Shown here: positions 1 to 13,037 of the stretch, one piece after another | Layout of the letters: the number at the start of each line of letters is the position of its first letter | How positions within the stretch are numbered: position 1 is the first letter of the stretch | Assembly: GCA_009103225.1 (NCBI GenBank) | Contig: RHPI01003536.1 | Location: 145,195 to 180,869, forward strand | DNA from: Chlorokybus atmophyticus | Taxonomy: Eukaryota > Plantae > Mesostigma and Chlorokybus algae | Direction of reading: 5' to 3' | Length of the DNA stretch: 35,675 bases | The notes under the pieces: generated by a model | Told to the model about the DNA's origin: nothing | What the model saw: the letters and a program-made list of their open reading frames with translations, nothing else | Database searches by the model: none | Made by a program: the position numbers and the translations under genes

Positions 1-38
<38 letters not shown>
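1..38. repeat. (TA)n microsatellite inside an intron of the S9 peptidase gene
   Basis: Pure TA dinucleotide run at the window start, downstream (minus strand) of the GT donor at 55. Confidence 0.95.
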
Positions 39-41
<3 letters not shown>

Positions 42-55
42 CTCTGTTTTCTTAC

Positions 56-3000
56 CCTGTAGAGCCGCCATAGTTCACATCGGCCACAGCCCATCCCCTA
101 CTTGTCCAGAACTGAATACCTAACTTGAGTGACGTATCTGTGGCAGACGTGGGACCTCCTGCCAACATAACATTGTGTAAGGGACAGCTTCATTCTCACA
201 GTCAGGCCCATGCTTGATAGATGTCATGCATGAACAGTGGTTTTGCATGGACACAGGCGTTTTAACATGCCATGAGATTTGACAAGGAGCGGCGGAAGAT
301 CCCCAGCTGGCGCATTGAAGTCTGGGTTTGTAGGTGGATAGTATATCGCATAGGCCTGCTGGCCCTCCACCTGCGTGTTAGGGGCCCAAAAGTTGATGAG
401 GCAACACTTGTTCTAACCATTGCCTGTTACCTTTGAGAAGACACCGGCACTAACCTTTGTGGGAAAACTGATGCCTTTTGGTGTTGAAATGTACTGGGTG
501 ACGGTATCCACACTTGGAGGGCTGCTGCACCACAGCTGTGAAACTGAACACTCCATTCCGCTCTTGTCCGCGGCTTGCTTTACCTGAAGAGGACAATCAT
601 GCAATGAGAGTTATGATGGTCATGAACGGCAAAGGACAAAGACCACAACCTCGGCAATGCTGGCTGCTTTGCTTGCAGAAGCCCCAGTGAGAATGACTCG
701 CCCAGCGGTTGTTGACACGCTGTAGATTGATGAATACGGTGTTGATATGAGCGTCAAGTCTTTCCCAACGTGCAGCAGTGCCAGCTGCGACACGCCGTTG
801 TTTCTGTACAACGAACATATTAGCATCATGCAATGTCGTGGGCTTGCAACTCTACACATGCGGCATTTGACTCACTGAAACTTGCAGAATACGTGTGAGC
901 TGGACCCGGGCGCAAATGTGTAGCTCTTCTGGCCAAAGATCCATTGTGGGCCCGAAAACTCAGCCTCCTTTGGGTATAGTGCCTCCGCATGACCCTCATC
1001 AGAGAACTCTCCCACCTGTCAAAGCATACTCAGGATGCAGTCATTGCATACTGAGCAGGCATGCGAGTTGTGGCGATTGATGGTGTATGAAAGCGTCATC
1101 ACCCATCGGTACAGGTTCCACCAGCCGTTGTCCTTGTCTGAAACAAAGAATAGCTCTCCTGCAGGCGACCACTGAGGCTCCAACACCGCCTCAGAAACTC
1201 CTGGCGTGTTGCCGCTCAGGCACACATGTGACTCTGCCAAACTATGAAAACAAGTTGGTGCTACCCATGTTGCCATGCACAATCACTGGCTATCCTTCCA
1301 TGTTGCTGTGAGGGACACAAGTCACGTACCCGTCTGCATCCAAACGTGCCACCCACAACGTGGAGTTGTCCCATGGCATGTTGGGATGATCCTGCCATAC
1401 GTTGATGCGTGTTCAATACCTGTTCGAGTATAAACCAGAACAATGGCTCAATCCCATTACCCATGCAAAGTATGCCAGATGTTGTCCATTTGGTGAAAGG
1501 CGTGGAGCAGCATAGAAGTCCCGGCCGCTTGCCAACACGACTGGCTCCTCATCGCCTATGTAAACAAGCAACATGTGCCGTTGGTTGGTGATGCAGCCTT
1601 TACCCTTACATGCAAGATTTGAAGATGGCATAAAGCAACTTGTTACCAGTGCCATCAACGCGTACTGCCACTACAACATTGGCAGGCTCGTGACTGTCAA
1701 CTCGATGATCTGCAAACGGCACATGCATCAGTGACCTGCTACTATTGTGCCATGACGGTTATTGCACTGATGGCTGCATGTGCTTGGTGGCATAACAGGC
1801 TGGTTTCGTTACCTTCTTGCACGCATATGACACGATTCTGTGCGGCGTCATATATGCCATCAGCATAGCGCAGCTTGGCACCCTCAACAGCTGGCGTGAT
1901 TGGTCGAGGCGGCTCACCTATAAAAAGAGGTTAACACAAAGCGTGAGTCACAAGCTGCTTTCAGCATTTTGTTATTGATAGCGCGACCTTACATCTCGCT
2001 AAATGAATGCACAAAACGTACCACTGTCAAGGGGCTGAAAGTACAGGCGTTGGTCGGCAAAGTTGGAGAAGATGACACCACCGGCTCCAACCAGGAATGA
2101 GCCTCCTCCATACTCGTGCACGCGCGTGCGCACATCAAACTCTTTAGGGGTCAAGTCAGTCTCTGAGCCATCCAAGTTCATGCGAACAAGAACATTGCGC
2201 CTGCATGCCATAGATAACGGTTACTTCATCATTCGCTTGAGACCAGCAGCTTGTCTTCAGCAAGCACACGGCACAAAGCATCAATTCGTGTCTTGGCAAG
2301 GCTGTGTTGTACGCGAGTTGCATGCACATACCCTCCTTCAGAAGGCCGGCCCTCGAGACGCACAAGCGTGTTCTGATCAACAACCACCACACCTCCGAGC
2401 GACTTGACGCCAGCTGTCACAAACTCTTTCGTGATCGGTGACTTCCACGTCCCATACCTACACAGTACCACATAAGCATGCCAACAGACAAACACCTAAT
2501 CGCGTGCATGAAGCTGTCATCAACCATGGTGCCTTTGATTCAACAATTGACATCACGACTTACGGGGATTCTGTCTTCTTCTGTTGAGTGGTTTCAACAG
2601 CGGCTGTTGCCATTGTCTTCAATAGACCAAACCGCTGAGTGGCCTCTTGAAGCAATGAAGGCCGGGAGCGAGCCGCCAAACCTGCCGCGATTGCAAGCAC
2701 CAGTGAGACCGCCCATCCCAAACGGTAGCAACCTTGCAGCATGCTTTTCTGTCTGACAGCCAAGATAAACACAGACAAACCAGTGAAAGTGAGATTACAT
2801 GATTACCAACAGAGAAAAAGCCCATGTGAGCAACATACAGCGAGAACAACCATGCCAATGGATTTGTCTGTTTGAAGCATGCAATGCGTGTGCATATCAA
2901 CTTGCCAGCTTTGAATTACTCCGCTTGGCATGATCCCACATGGCACCCTGCAGCCACTCACCACCTCATCCCAACACAGCTCACAGCTAGCATACACCAC

Positions 3001-3234
3001 AGACCAACCTGGCAACGCCTTGCCGCTCCAGAAAGAGGAGAAGGAGGAGGAAGAGGACGCGTACAAGTGTGCGGATGTCGCTGAGAAGCTGCTCTTCCTA
3101 GCTGACGGCGTACCACTGCTGCTTGAGGCAAGCAGGCTACAGCTCAGCCGGCGCAATCGCAGAGCAGCAGTACCGGCAGAAGAAGAGGAGGAAGCACAGC
3201 AAGGCAGCGCCAGCGCCGTGCTACAGCATAGCAT
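56..3234 (-). CDS. Peptidase S9 family (acyl-peptide hydrolase / dipeptidyl aminopeptidase-like), 3' end beyond the left edge; probable N-terminal organellar transit peptide
   Basis: Spliced minus-strand exons give a continuous frame: [17 protein letters not shown]|YGTWKSPIT...GRPSEGG|RNVLV...[13 protein letters not shown]...[10 protein letters not shown]...LRYADG...[14 protein letters not shown]...DHPNMPWD...[15 protein letters not shown]...GWWNLY...[13 protein letters not shown]...PPLLVKSH|GGPT...[21 protein letters not shown]. Clear introns include 2563-2458 and 2331-2201. Exon 3234-3009 is Ser/Ala/Arg-rich with no acidic residues (transit-peptide-like); its splice onto the 2742-2564 region is less certain. 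The catalytic Ser motif is outside the window. Confidence 0.9.
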
Positions 3235-3852
3235 GCTCGCTAGTCAAACAAGAAAGCATGCGTATGATGATTGAACATGAATGCAAAGGTGAGTGGCGTT
3301 TGGCTGTTTCAAGCAGCAAGCTTGCTGTGGTTTCCCACCTGCAGCGGTGGCGGTGGCAGTGGCGGCGGCGGTCGGGGCAGGCTCGCTTGTGGGGGACAGG
3401 TATGCGCTGGTCTAGATTGTTGACATGTGCGGCGGCGCTGGTGTGCCCACCCGCCCGTGCTGCTTGCTTGCATGCATGCAACGCACGACAATAATGCACG
3501 GGCATTTTGCGCTGCAATGCAATGCGATACAATGCACTGTGTGGAGGACGCATGGAGCCACGAAGGTCAGCTGATTGACTTCTGTTTGCTTTCAGTCGTT
3601 CTCTGGTGAGGCACAGATAATGGTGCATTCGACAACATGTCGCGCGTAGTGCTGCGCTTCAGCTGGGGCGCCTGCACTGCTTCCGGCTGGAGCTCCTCTT
3701 CTGCACGCGGCTTTCATCTTACCGCAGGTGACATGAAGAAGCTACCCAAGGATACTTCATTAGTTGATGGAATGCCGCCATTGGCATGCTTGTGCGTCGC
3801 CAGTCATTCTCCCCTTTTGCCGTAGTTTTGCAGGACACAAGATAGTGGGTAC

Positions 3853-5203
<1,351 letters not shown>

Positions 5204-5218
5204 CAAGATTCAGGAACA

Positions 5219-8200
5219 ATGAAGTTGCTACCCCGCGAGGTAGACAAGCTCGTTTTAGTGCAAGCTGGTGAGCTTGCACGAAAGCGGCTTGCCCGCGGCA
5301 TTCGGCTGAACCATCCAGAAGCCATTGCATTAATAGCTTCTCAGGTATCCGTCATCACGCAGTGCTGATTGCATATTGCGTTGCTGATGCTTGAGCGCAC
5401 CAATGTGCTGCATCAACCCGTTTACAATGACAACTTTACCGCGGCTTGAGCAGGTGCTTGAGTTCATTAGGGAGGGAAAATCTGTTGCAGAGCTGATGGA
5501 CATGGGAAAGCGCTTTCTCGGTAGGCGTCAAGTGCTGCCTGGAGTTGCCGACATGATTCATGAAGTGCAGGTCTGAGCAACATACTAGTGCGAGTCTATA
5601 TGGTCTTAACAGTCCATGCTATGCAAAAAGTCGTTGAGAACTAGCGCATCCACTGCTGCTTTGTCCAGGTTGAGGGCACGTTTCCAGATGGCTCCAAGCT
5701 CGTGACGGTGCACATGCCAGTCTGCGCAGAACATGGCGACCTGGAGCTAGCCTTCTATGGTTCCTTTATCCCTGCTCCCCCCTTGACAGCCTTTCCTGAG
5801 GACCCGAGTGACGACATTGATGACACTCCTGGCAAGCTTGTGCCTGCGGCTGGAAGCATTGCTATCAATGTTGGCAGGAAAGTTGTGCAAGTCAGTGTTG
5901 AGAACACTTGCGATCGACCCATACAGGTAGTTGTCAACGTGCAGAGCCCTGCACATGCATCAAGAGCTTTGCTACGAAGCGATTTGCTGTTGGCAGGTGG
6001 GAAGCCATTACCAGTTCACGGAGACCAATCCTTTCCTTGTTTTCGACCGCGCGTTGGCGTATGGCATGCGCTTGCACGTGCCAGCCGGCACAGCTGTTCG
6101 TTTTGAACCAGGGGAGACAAAGACGGTTGTTTTGGTCGGCATTGGTGGCGAGAGAGTGGTAAGGGGAGGGAACAACCTTGGTGATGGAAAAGTGAACCCT
6201 CAAGGTGAGACACAACATGTGCCCACTGCTGCGGCTGATACTGTCGTGCGGGCCGGTTAAAAGCATCAAGAGAATAACATGTGTATATTCACCTGTTGCA
6301 GGGCTAGCGGTAGCTATGCAGCGTGTAGAGCAGCAGGGCTTTGGACACAAGCCTGAACCTGATGCACAGGCAAGCCAAATGCTACTACTGTTATCCGCGA
6401 ACATCATCAGCATTGCAAGGCTGACGTAGTGTTGTTGTGGCTTCAGACTGCGGTGGCTAGTGGTGCGCAAGGCAATGGCCAAGGTGACAATGGCTGGGCT
6501 TCTGTTATGCTTACTCACGAGCATTATGCGGCGCTGTACGGGCCAACAACGGGCGATAAGCTCAGGCTTGGGGACACCAGTCTTTACTTGGAGGTGATTG
6601 TGATTATCCCTCCCTTACGTAATGTGGGGGCATCTTGTCCAAGCTTTATTCTCGTAGGTGGAGAAAGACTTCACCACGTACGGCGATGAATGTGTGTTTG
6701 GCGGCGGGAAAGTTCTCCGCGAAGGCATGGGTCAGGTGCTCATTGGCACTGCGCATGCTCTCTTGCAAGAAGCAGCGGTGCAGAACTGATCATGTTTGAT
6801 GATGCAACGTGACACGCCGTGCAATGCAGGCAGCTGGAGCGGGCCCCTCTGTTGCATTAGACCTTGTCATCACAAACGCTGTGATTGTAGACTACACTGG
6901 CTGTTACAAGGCAGACATCGGCATATCAGGCATGTGCTGTGTCGTTTGCATCTTGCTGCAGTCTGCCGGATATGAGTGTTAAGGAGTGCCTAGTAAGGAC
7001 AGCAATCAATGCCGAAACGTTGTTCAATACCAGGTGGTAACATACATGCGATCGGCAAGGCTGGTAACCCAGACGTGATGGATGGCGTCACGCCTGGCAT
7101 GATTGTGGGTAAGACTGTCTTACCCTCAGTACTAAGACCTGCGCTGCTGAGTGCACTTCGCTGTAATCATGTTTGCATTCAGGTCCCACAACTGAGGTGG
7201 TGGCTGCTGAAGGGAAGATTGTTACATATGGTGCTTTCGACGCCCATGTGCATTACATATGCCCAGAGGTATGTGGGAATACTACATCCGTTCAACTGTG
7301 CTGTGTCTTTTGTTGCAGGCTATTGTTCACACTGAGAAGTATTATGCAACATTGACCTTGGTATAGATTATCAATGAAGCACTGGCCTCGGGCACGACAA
7401 CCCTTCTTGGTGGCGGCACCGGGCCGGCCACCGGCACCTGTGCGACAACATGCACACCTGCGCCAGAGTATTTACGCCTGATGCTGCAGGTATCCTTACT
7501 GGCAGGCTCATAACCACATCTCAACAGCATCACCAAACGCGTGCAGTTGTGCATCACTCCTGGATTGCTGCCATTGTGATGTGCACTGTGTTTACTGCAT
7601 GCGCCATGCATACAGGTTACGGAAATTGTGTCCAAATGCACAGTTAATACCCTCAGTTCGATCAAGCAGCCTTGTGTATGCAGGCAACAGACGTGCTTCC
7701 AGTTAACATTGCATTGACTGGGAAAGGCAACACGGCGAAACCTGAGGGGCTGCCTGACATTATTAGAGCTGGTGCAGCAGGTAACAAGCGTTGATTGCGA
7801 TTGGCCACAGAAATGTCTGGCCCATGCTAACGCTGGTTTGCAGGCTTGAAGTTGCATGAAGACTGGGGTTCGACACCCGCCGCAATTGATTGCTGCTTGA
7901 CTGTTGCGGACGCCTATGATGTGCAGGTCTGTTTGCCATCACAGTACTTTGCACAAATCCACTTCAACCTTCACAGAGCAGCACTCACACTTGTACTGCA
8001 TATGGCAGGTGACAATACATACAGATACGCTCAACGAGTCGAGTTGTGTCGAGCACACAATAGCTGCGTTCAAGGGACGAACCATACACAGCTATCACAG
8101 GCACGCAACCTCACTGCCTGCAGCAAACATACTGTGTGGTAATTGCCGTCTGAGATGTACTGGGGTGCGAGCATTTACAACTTGACGCTATTCCCTTGCA

Positions 8201-9664
8201 GTGAAGGCGCCGGAGGAGGCCACGCACCGGATATCTTGACTGTTTGTGGAGAGATGAACGTCCTTCCCTCCTCGACAAACCCGACAAGACCCTTCACTAA
8301 GAACACACTTGACGAGCACCTCGACATGCTCATGGTATGTCACCAGTAACAGGGCAGTGCAAAGGCACTGGCTTCAGCATGAGCCATGCAAAGTAGAGAT
8401 GTTGTCCGGTTGTCCCTCTAGTACAGCTGGTGATTTGTTTCGTGTATGCGTTAAGCAAGTGTTGGCAAGTGTCACAAGCTGTCTTGTTCTTCTGCTTGGA
8501 CAGGTATGTCATCATTTGGACAAGAATATCCGGGAAGATGTCGCTTTTGCCGAGTCACGTATCCGTGGTGAAACCATTGCAGCGGAGGACATTCTTCATG
8601 ACATGGGCGCAATCAGCATCATCTCCTCAGACTCTCAGGTCTTGTTGTTGTGTTTGTCAACGCAAACAAAAAGCACACATTGCATCTCTTTGCTATCCAA
8701 CGCTGTCTGTCAACAACTGTTTTCTGCAACAGGCCATGGGCAGGGTTGGTGAGGTCATCACCCGCACGTGGCAAACAGCAGACAAGATGAAGTTGCAGAG
8801 AGGTCCTTTAGCACAGGACAAGGCTGCAGACAATGACAACCACCGCATCAAGCGGTACATTGCAAAGTACACCATAAATCCGGCCATCGCCCATGGCATG
8901 AGTCACGTCATCGGCTCTGTTGAAGTCAACAAGCTGGCTGACCTGGTCGTATGGGACCCTGCCTTCTTTGGTGCCAAACCTGAGATTGTCATCAAGGGCG
9001 GCATGATCGCATGGGCACAGGTACCAGTGCCATGTTGGTTGCAGTCTGATGCCCAATATGCATGTACAATACACACAACAGAGCCCACGGGTGCATGCAT
9101 TCACACATGTACATTCAAATGCATATGTAAAAAAACGATGCACACATGTCAATGTGTGTGCATACAAGCTTATATACGCAGACATACGTGTGGGCATGCG
9201 CATATGTGTGTGTACGTACACCCTTACACTCTTGTTGTAAACAGATGGGTGACGCCAATGCCAGCGTGCCAACGCCTGAACCGGTCATCATGCGCCCGAT
9301 GTTCGGTGCATTGGGCAAGGCCGCAGGCGCGTGTGCAGTTGCATTTGTAAGCAAAGAGAGCATAGACACAGGGACGGTTGTCACGTATGGTCTCAACAAG
9401 AGATTGGAGGCTGTGAAAGGTTGCAGAAGCGTCACCAAAAAGGACATGAAGCTGAACTCTGCACTGCCGAAGATTGTTGTTGATCCTGAGACCTACCAGG
9501 TAGATATTACACAGCGTTGGCGGGGGCTTGCTGACTTTTCCAATCGAGAGACAAACCTGCTTGACATAAAACAATATGCAATGCAGGTCACTGCCGATGG
9601 AGTCCCTCTCATATGCGCCCCAGCTGATGTGCTGCCGTTAGCACAAAAGTATTTCCTTTTCTGA
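5219..9664 (+). CDS. URE: Urease, eukaryotic single-chain fused gamma-beta-alpha type, 19 exons, about 848 aa
   Basis: Exons 5219-5344, 5454-5570, 5669-5926, 5997-6204, 6302-6369, 6447-6593, 6658-6735, 6830-6929, 7034-7108, 7183-7268, 7367-7489, 7684-7780, 7844-7926, 8009-8100, 8202-8334, 8504-8638, 8733-9020, 9245-9499, 9587-9664 sum to 2547 nt in one frame. Motifs: [51 protein letters not shown] (Ni His pair), GLKLHEDWG (carbamylated Lys), [28 protein letters not shown] (flap), SSDSQAMGR, C-terminal [10 protein letters not shown]. Confidence 0.98.
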
Positions 9665-9773
9665 TGCGCATTGTGGTTGCCCTCAAGCGCACCAGCGGAT
9701 AGCCACCCTTTAGCAAACTACAAGTAGTACACATATACGTAGTATACGCATCAGTGGCAGCCTTCAGCCCAGT

Positions 9774-10655
9774 ATGGCAGGAGAGCCCAGTAACAAACAA
9801 GAAGACAGTATACATAGCGCTATGCAGGGTAGCGGAGTAGATGAAGCACCAGGTAGCTGCACAGACTGGGCTTTATGGCAGCTGTTAGACTCATTGCTTC
9901 CAACCGGTGGAGCGGCGCATTCGAACGGGCTGGAGGCTGCTTTACATGCAGGTGCTGTAGCAAGTTGTCGCAGCCACACGGGCGGCCTCGACACCTTTGT
10001 CATGGCTGTCCTGGAGAATGCAGGGTCCCTTCTGCTGCCATTTGTTTATGAAGCTTGGAAAGACAGTTCCGAAGACAGCTGGCTGCGACTTGATGCGCGC
10101 CTGCAGGCGCTGTTGAGTAACCACGTTGCCAATCGGGCCTCACGCACACAGGTATGAAGTTGTATCGGACTGTTGGGCATTCATTTGCACAACATATTGC
10201 GCTCGTATGAAAAACAAGATAACGCAAACAACTTGTCACATTATCATGAAGAGTATGCTACTGCGTGACAGGGTGCGTCATTGCTTCGCATTGCTTGCTT
10301 GACATTCCAAGAGCACGCCATACTATGTGAGATGCGTGCCGGACACGCAGCTTTCTGCTGTCACCATGCGGTTGTGTTTGGAGCGCTGATGTCACTCGTC
10401 AAGTGCGATGCAATGACCGCGCAAAGGGCTTTCCTGTTTGTCACGCTGCGCGACACATTATCTGCAGCGACAAGGCTGAACCTATTGGGTCCGTTGGAAG
10501 CCGCAGCAGTGCAACGGCGTATGTCACAGCTCGCAGAGCGTGTGCTTGTCAAGTGTGGCAACAGGACCATTGATGATGCCCACACGACGGCACCGTTACT
10601 AGACAATATCCAAGGAACGCATGACACGCTCTTTTCGCGCCTGTTCAGCAGCTGA
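9774..10655 (+). CDS. ureF: Urease accessory protein UreF (plant-type), 2 exons
   Basis: Exons 9774-10151 and 10272-10655. Motifs WQLLDSLLPTGGAAHSNGLEAA, NHVANRASRTQ|GASLLR, HHAVVFG, AFLFVTLRDTLSAATRLNLLGPLEA, APLLDNIQGTHDTLFSRLFSS. The start could be the later ATG at 9822. Confidence 0.93.
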
Positions 10656-10672
10656 TTGGAACTCGGCTCACG

Positions 10673-11937
10673 ATGCTTATGGCAAGCATGGAAGTCAAAA
10701 CAAGCGTTTGTGGGGAGCTTGTCTTTGAGCGTATTCGGCAACGCACTGTGGCAACAAAGGCTTACGCGCTCTACCCATTGAAAATGTTGATACCCAATAA
10801 AGCCATTGATGGATGCTTTGACGCTGCATGGGTGTACACCCTCACCTATGGCGGCGGCATACTTGCCGGTGACACGATCAAGTTCAAATGCGACGTTGGA
10901 CAAGACTGCACGGTGGTGCTCACCACACAATCCTCCACAAAGGCAAGCTTACGTCGCAACAACACACAACCAACTGTACTGAAGTGCATGCATTGTCCCT
11001 GTGAGGTGCTTGCAGCTGTTGAATTCTGTTACAAAACCAGCTTGGCATGCAGGTGTTCAAGTCGTTAAACAGCTTGTACGCTGAACAAATGTTCTCGGCG
11101 CACATCAAGACAGGGGCATTGCTTGCTTTACTACCGGAACCTGTCACATGCTTTGCACATGCCAGGTGAGTTGTTGAATTGTGCCCCGTTTGCACCCCCA
11201 GTCGCACCCAATTCGCAAGGATGAGACATACAGCTTGCGCACAGGTATAAGCAGCATCAGAGTGTGCACATTGACGCGGGAGGTAGCTTGGTGTTAGTGG
11301 ATTGGGTCACAAGTGGGCGCATTGCACGAGGAGAAACATGGCAGTTTGATGACTACCAGGCAGGTTTCTGTAACTGCTTTCTTGCACCATCTATCATCTA
11401 TCATCCAAGTGACAAGATAACTTGCTGTCTGTTGGCAGAGCCGCAATAAGGTGTTTGTCAATAACACGCTGCTCTTCACGGACGCTGTGCACTTGAGTGA
11501 TGGCCCGCTGCTGTCGCTAACGTCTAAAATGGGCGCGTTTCAAGTCATTGCGACATGCGTGCTCTACGGTCCACGGGTGAGACATGTTTGCGCTCATGTG
11601 TTGGAGGTATGCGGGGAGAAAGCTAGCGCGCCAACTGCGGGCGTGCGCGCCAATGAGGTCCGAATGAAAAGTCTGGTCCACTCAGCCAGCTCTCTTGCAA
11701 ATGGCGAGGTAAAGCAGTTTTGTGCGTGCATGTTGATGTTCATTTGCAACGATCAGATTAATTTTCCGAATGCTGAATGCGCCCGTAGTGAATTGCTTGA
11801 TGGAAAGTTGAGAGCTGTGTGTGCAGGGAGTGGTAATGAGGGTTGCGGGAGCTGACGTGCGGGCTGTAAGGCGGTTTTTGGATAGCCAGCTCTCTGCTTT
11901 GACACCTATACTGGGAGCTTCAGTATACACATCTTGA
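10673..11937 (+). CDS. ureD: Urease accessory protein UreD/UreH (plant-type), 5 exons
   Basis: Exons 10673-10942, 11053-11165, 11245-11359, 11439-11708, 11827-11937. Motifs YPLKMLIP, AWVYTLTYGGGILAGD, VLTTQSSTK|VFKS, LLALLPEPVTCFAHARYKQ, LVLVDWVTSGRIARGETWQF, VIATCVLYGPR, FLDSQLSAL. Alternative starts at 10679 and 10688. Confidence 0.93.
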
Positions 11938-12050
11938 AGAGGCAGTGCATACCATGTGCTTGTGCATGCAGCAACGCATTGCACATGGGATGAGCGAGGT
12001 AGAAGGCGATTGGAAAGAGTAGGACAAGAAGGCAGTTGTTGAAGAATTGA

Positions 12051-12055
12051 TGTAA
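12051..12055 (+). terminator. Candidate TGTAA polyadenylation signal after ureD
   Basis: TGTAA, the known chlorophyte poly(A) signal, lies 113 nt after the ureD stop. No TGTAA or AATAAA was seen in the urease-ureF or ureF-ureD spacers. A 5-mer is weak evidence. Confidence 0.3.
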
Positions 12056-13037
12056 AGGTATTAGGTCACCGCATTGCCTGTAGGTCACCGCATGCTTTGT
12101 ATCAGACATTAACCAAATCATCGTTGCAAGCTTGATCTCCCTTTATCCGCGTTGTAGTTCATGGTGTACTGGTATATCTTATTCACATGCAGTGTTGTTG
12201 CATATGCATCAACCAAAGCAAACTTCAACAGATATGCTTATGTGTTGTGTTTGCAACTTCATGTTGGGATCCACCTGTGTCGTCACTAAACGACTTTTGA
12301 CAACAGATAACTGCTGGGTTGTTAAGTTTTTATCGCCTCGTTATGTGTGTGCCATTATCCTAGAAAGCTCGAAATTATGGCATATCTTACATCAATATGC
12401 ACTGTGACGTTACATAAGACCATCAGTGAAGTCAGAATGGGATGCTTAGATTTGTAGTGTAAACTCATAGTCAAACGCTTCAAACACTTTAGAATCCCAA
12501 CGCCTACAAGGACACGTTGTGCTTGACGATGTTTTACAAGCCACTGTGCATTCTCACTCCCCTTTACCATTGTGCACAATGACGGTCCCATACAAGCTGT
12601 GATTAACATCTTCATAACACACGGTTGTGCTTGTTGTGAGACTGCATGTGCATCGGATTTGCATGTGCGTAATGCCCTTGGCAGCCTGTGTACACCATCT
12701 CCAGCACCATTGCATCCCATGCACTACATCCCCATCACGCAACTACACACATTACTGCATTGCCCTTTTGACACAAGCTGTTGTTAAGTGAAAATTCGAA
12801 AAATGTCGTGCCAGTCATAGAGTTCTGCATTGCAAGTGCTATGACAGTCTCAGCCCACACACAGCGCGGGGGGGGGGACTAGTACAGCAACATCGACATA
12901 CAAAGCTACATTTGTCAGCCATGCCTATCACACTGCAAACATAGCACACGGTAGACACCACTGCAGGCACAGGTAGCTATGTATATCCTATACAATTGTA
13001 CACAGTAATGTTACATGAGTGACAGCAGCAATAACAG

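Noticed and set aside
2930-3274. Plus-strand acidic ORF ([12 protein letters not shown]...)
   Set aside because: Best explained as the antisense shadow of the Ser-rich transit-peptide exon of the minus-strand peptidase.
5219-11937. Recent bacterial transfer or contamination as the source of the urease cluster
   Set aside because: Urease is the fused eukaryotic form, all three genes have spliceosomal introns like their neighbours, and UreF/UreD motifs are plant-type.
9665-13037. ureG or a nickel/urea transporter completing the cluster
   Set aside because: No P-loop GGPVGSGKT-type motif or multi-pass membrane exons were found here or elsewhere in the window.
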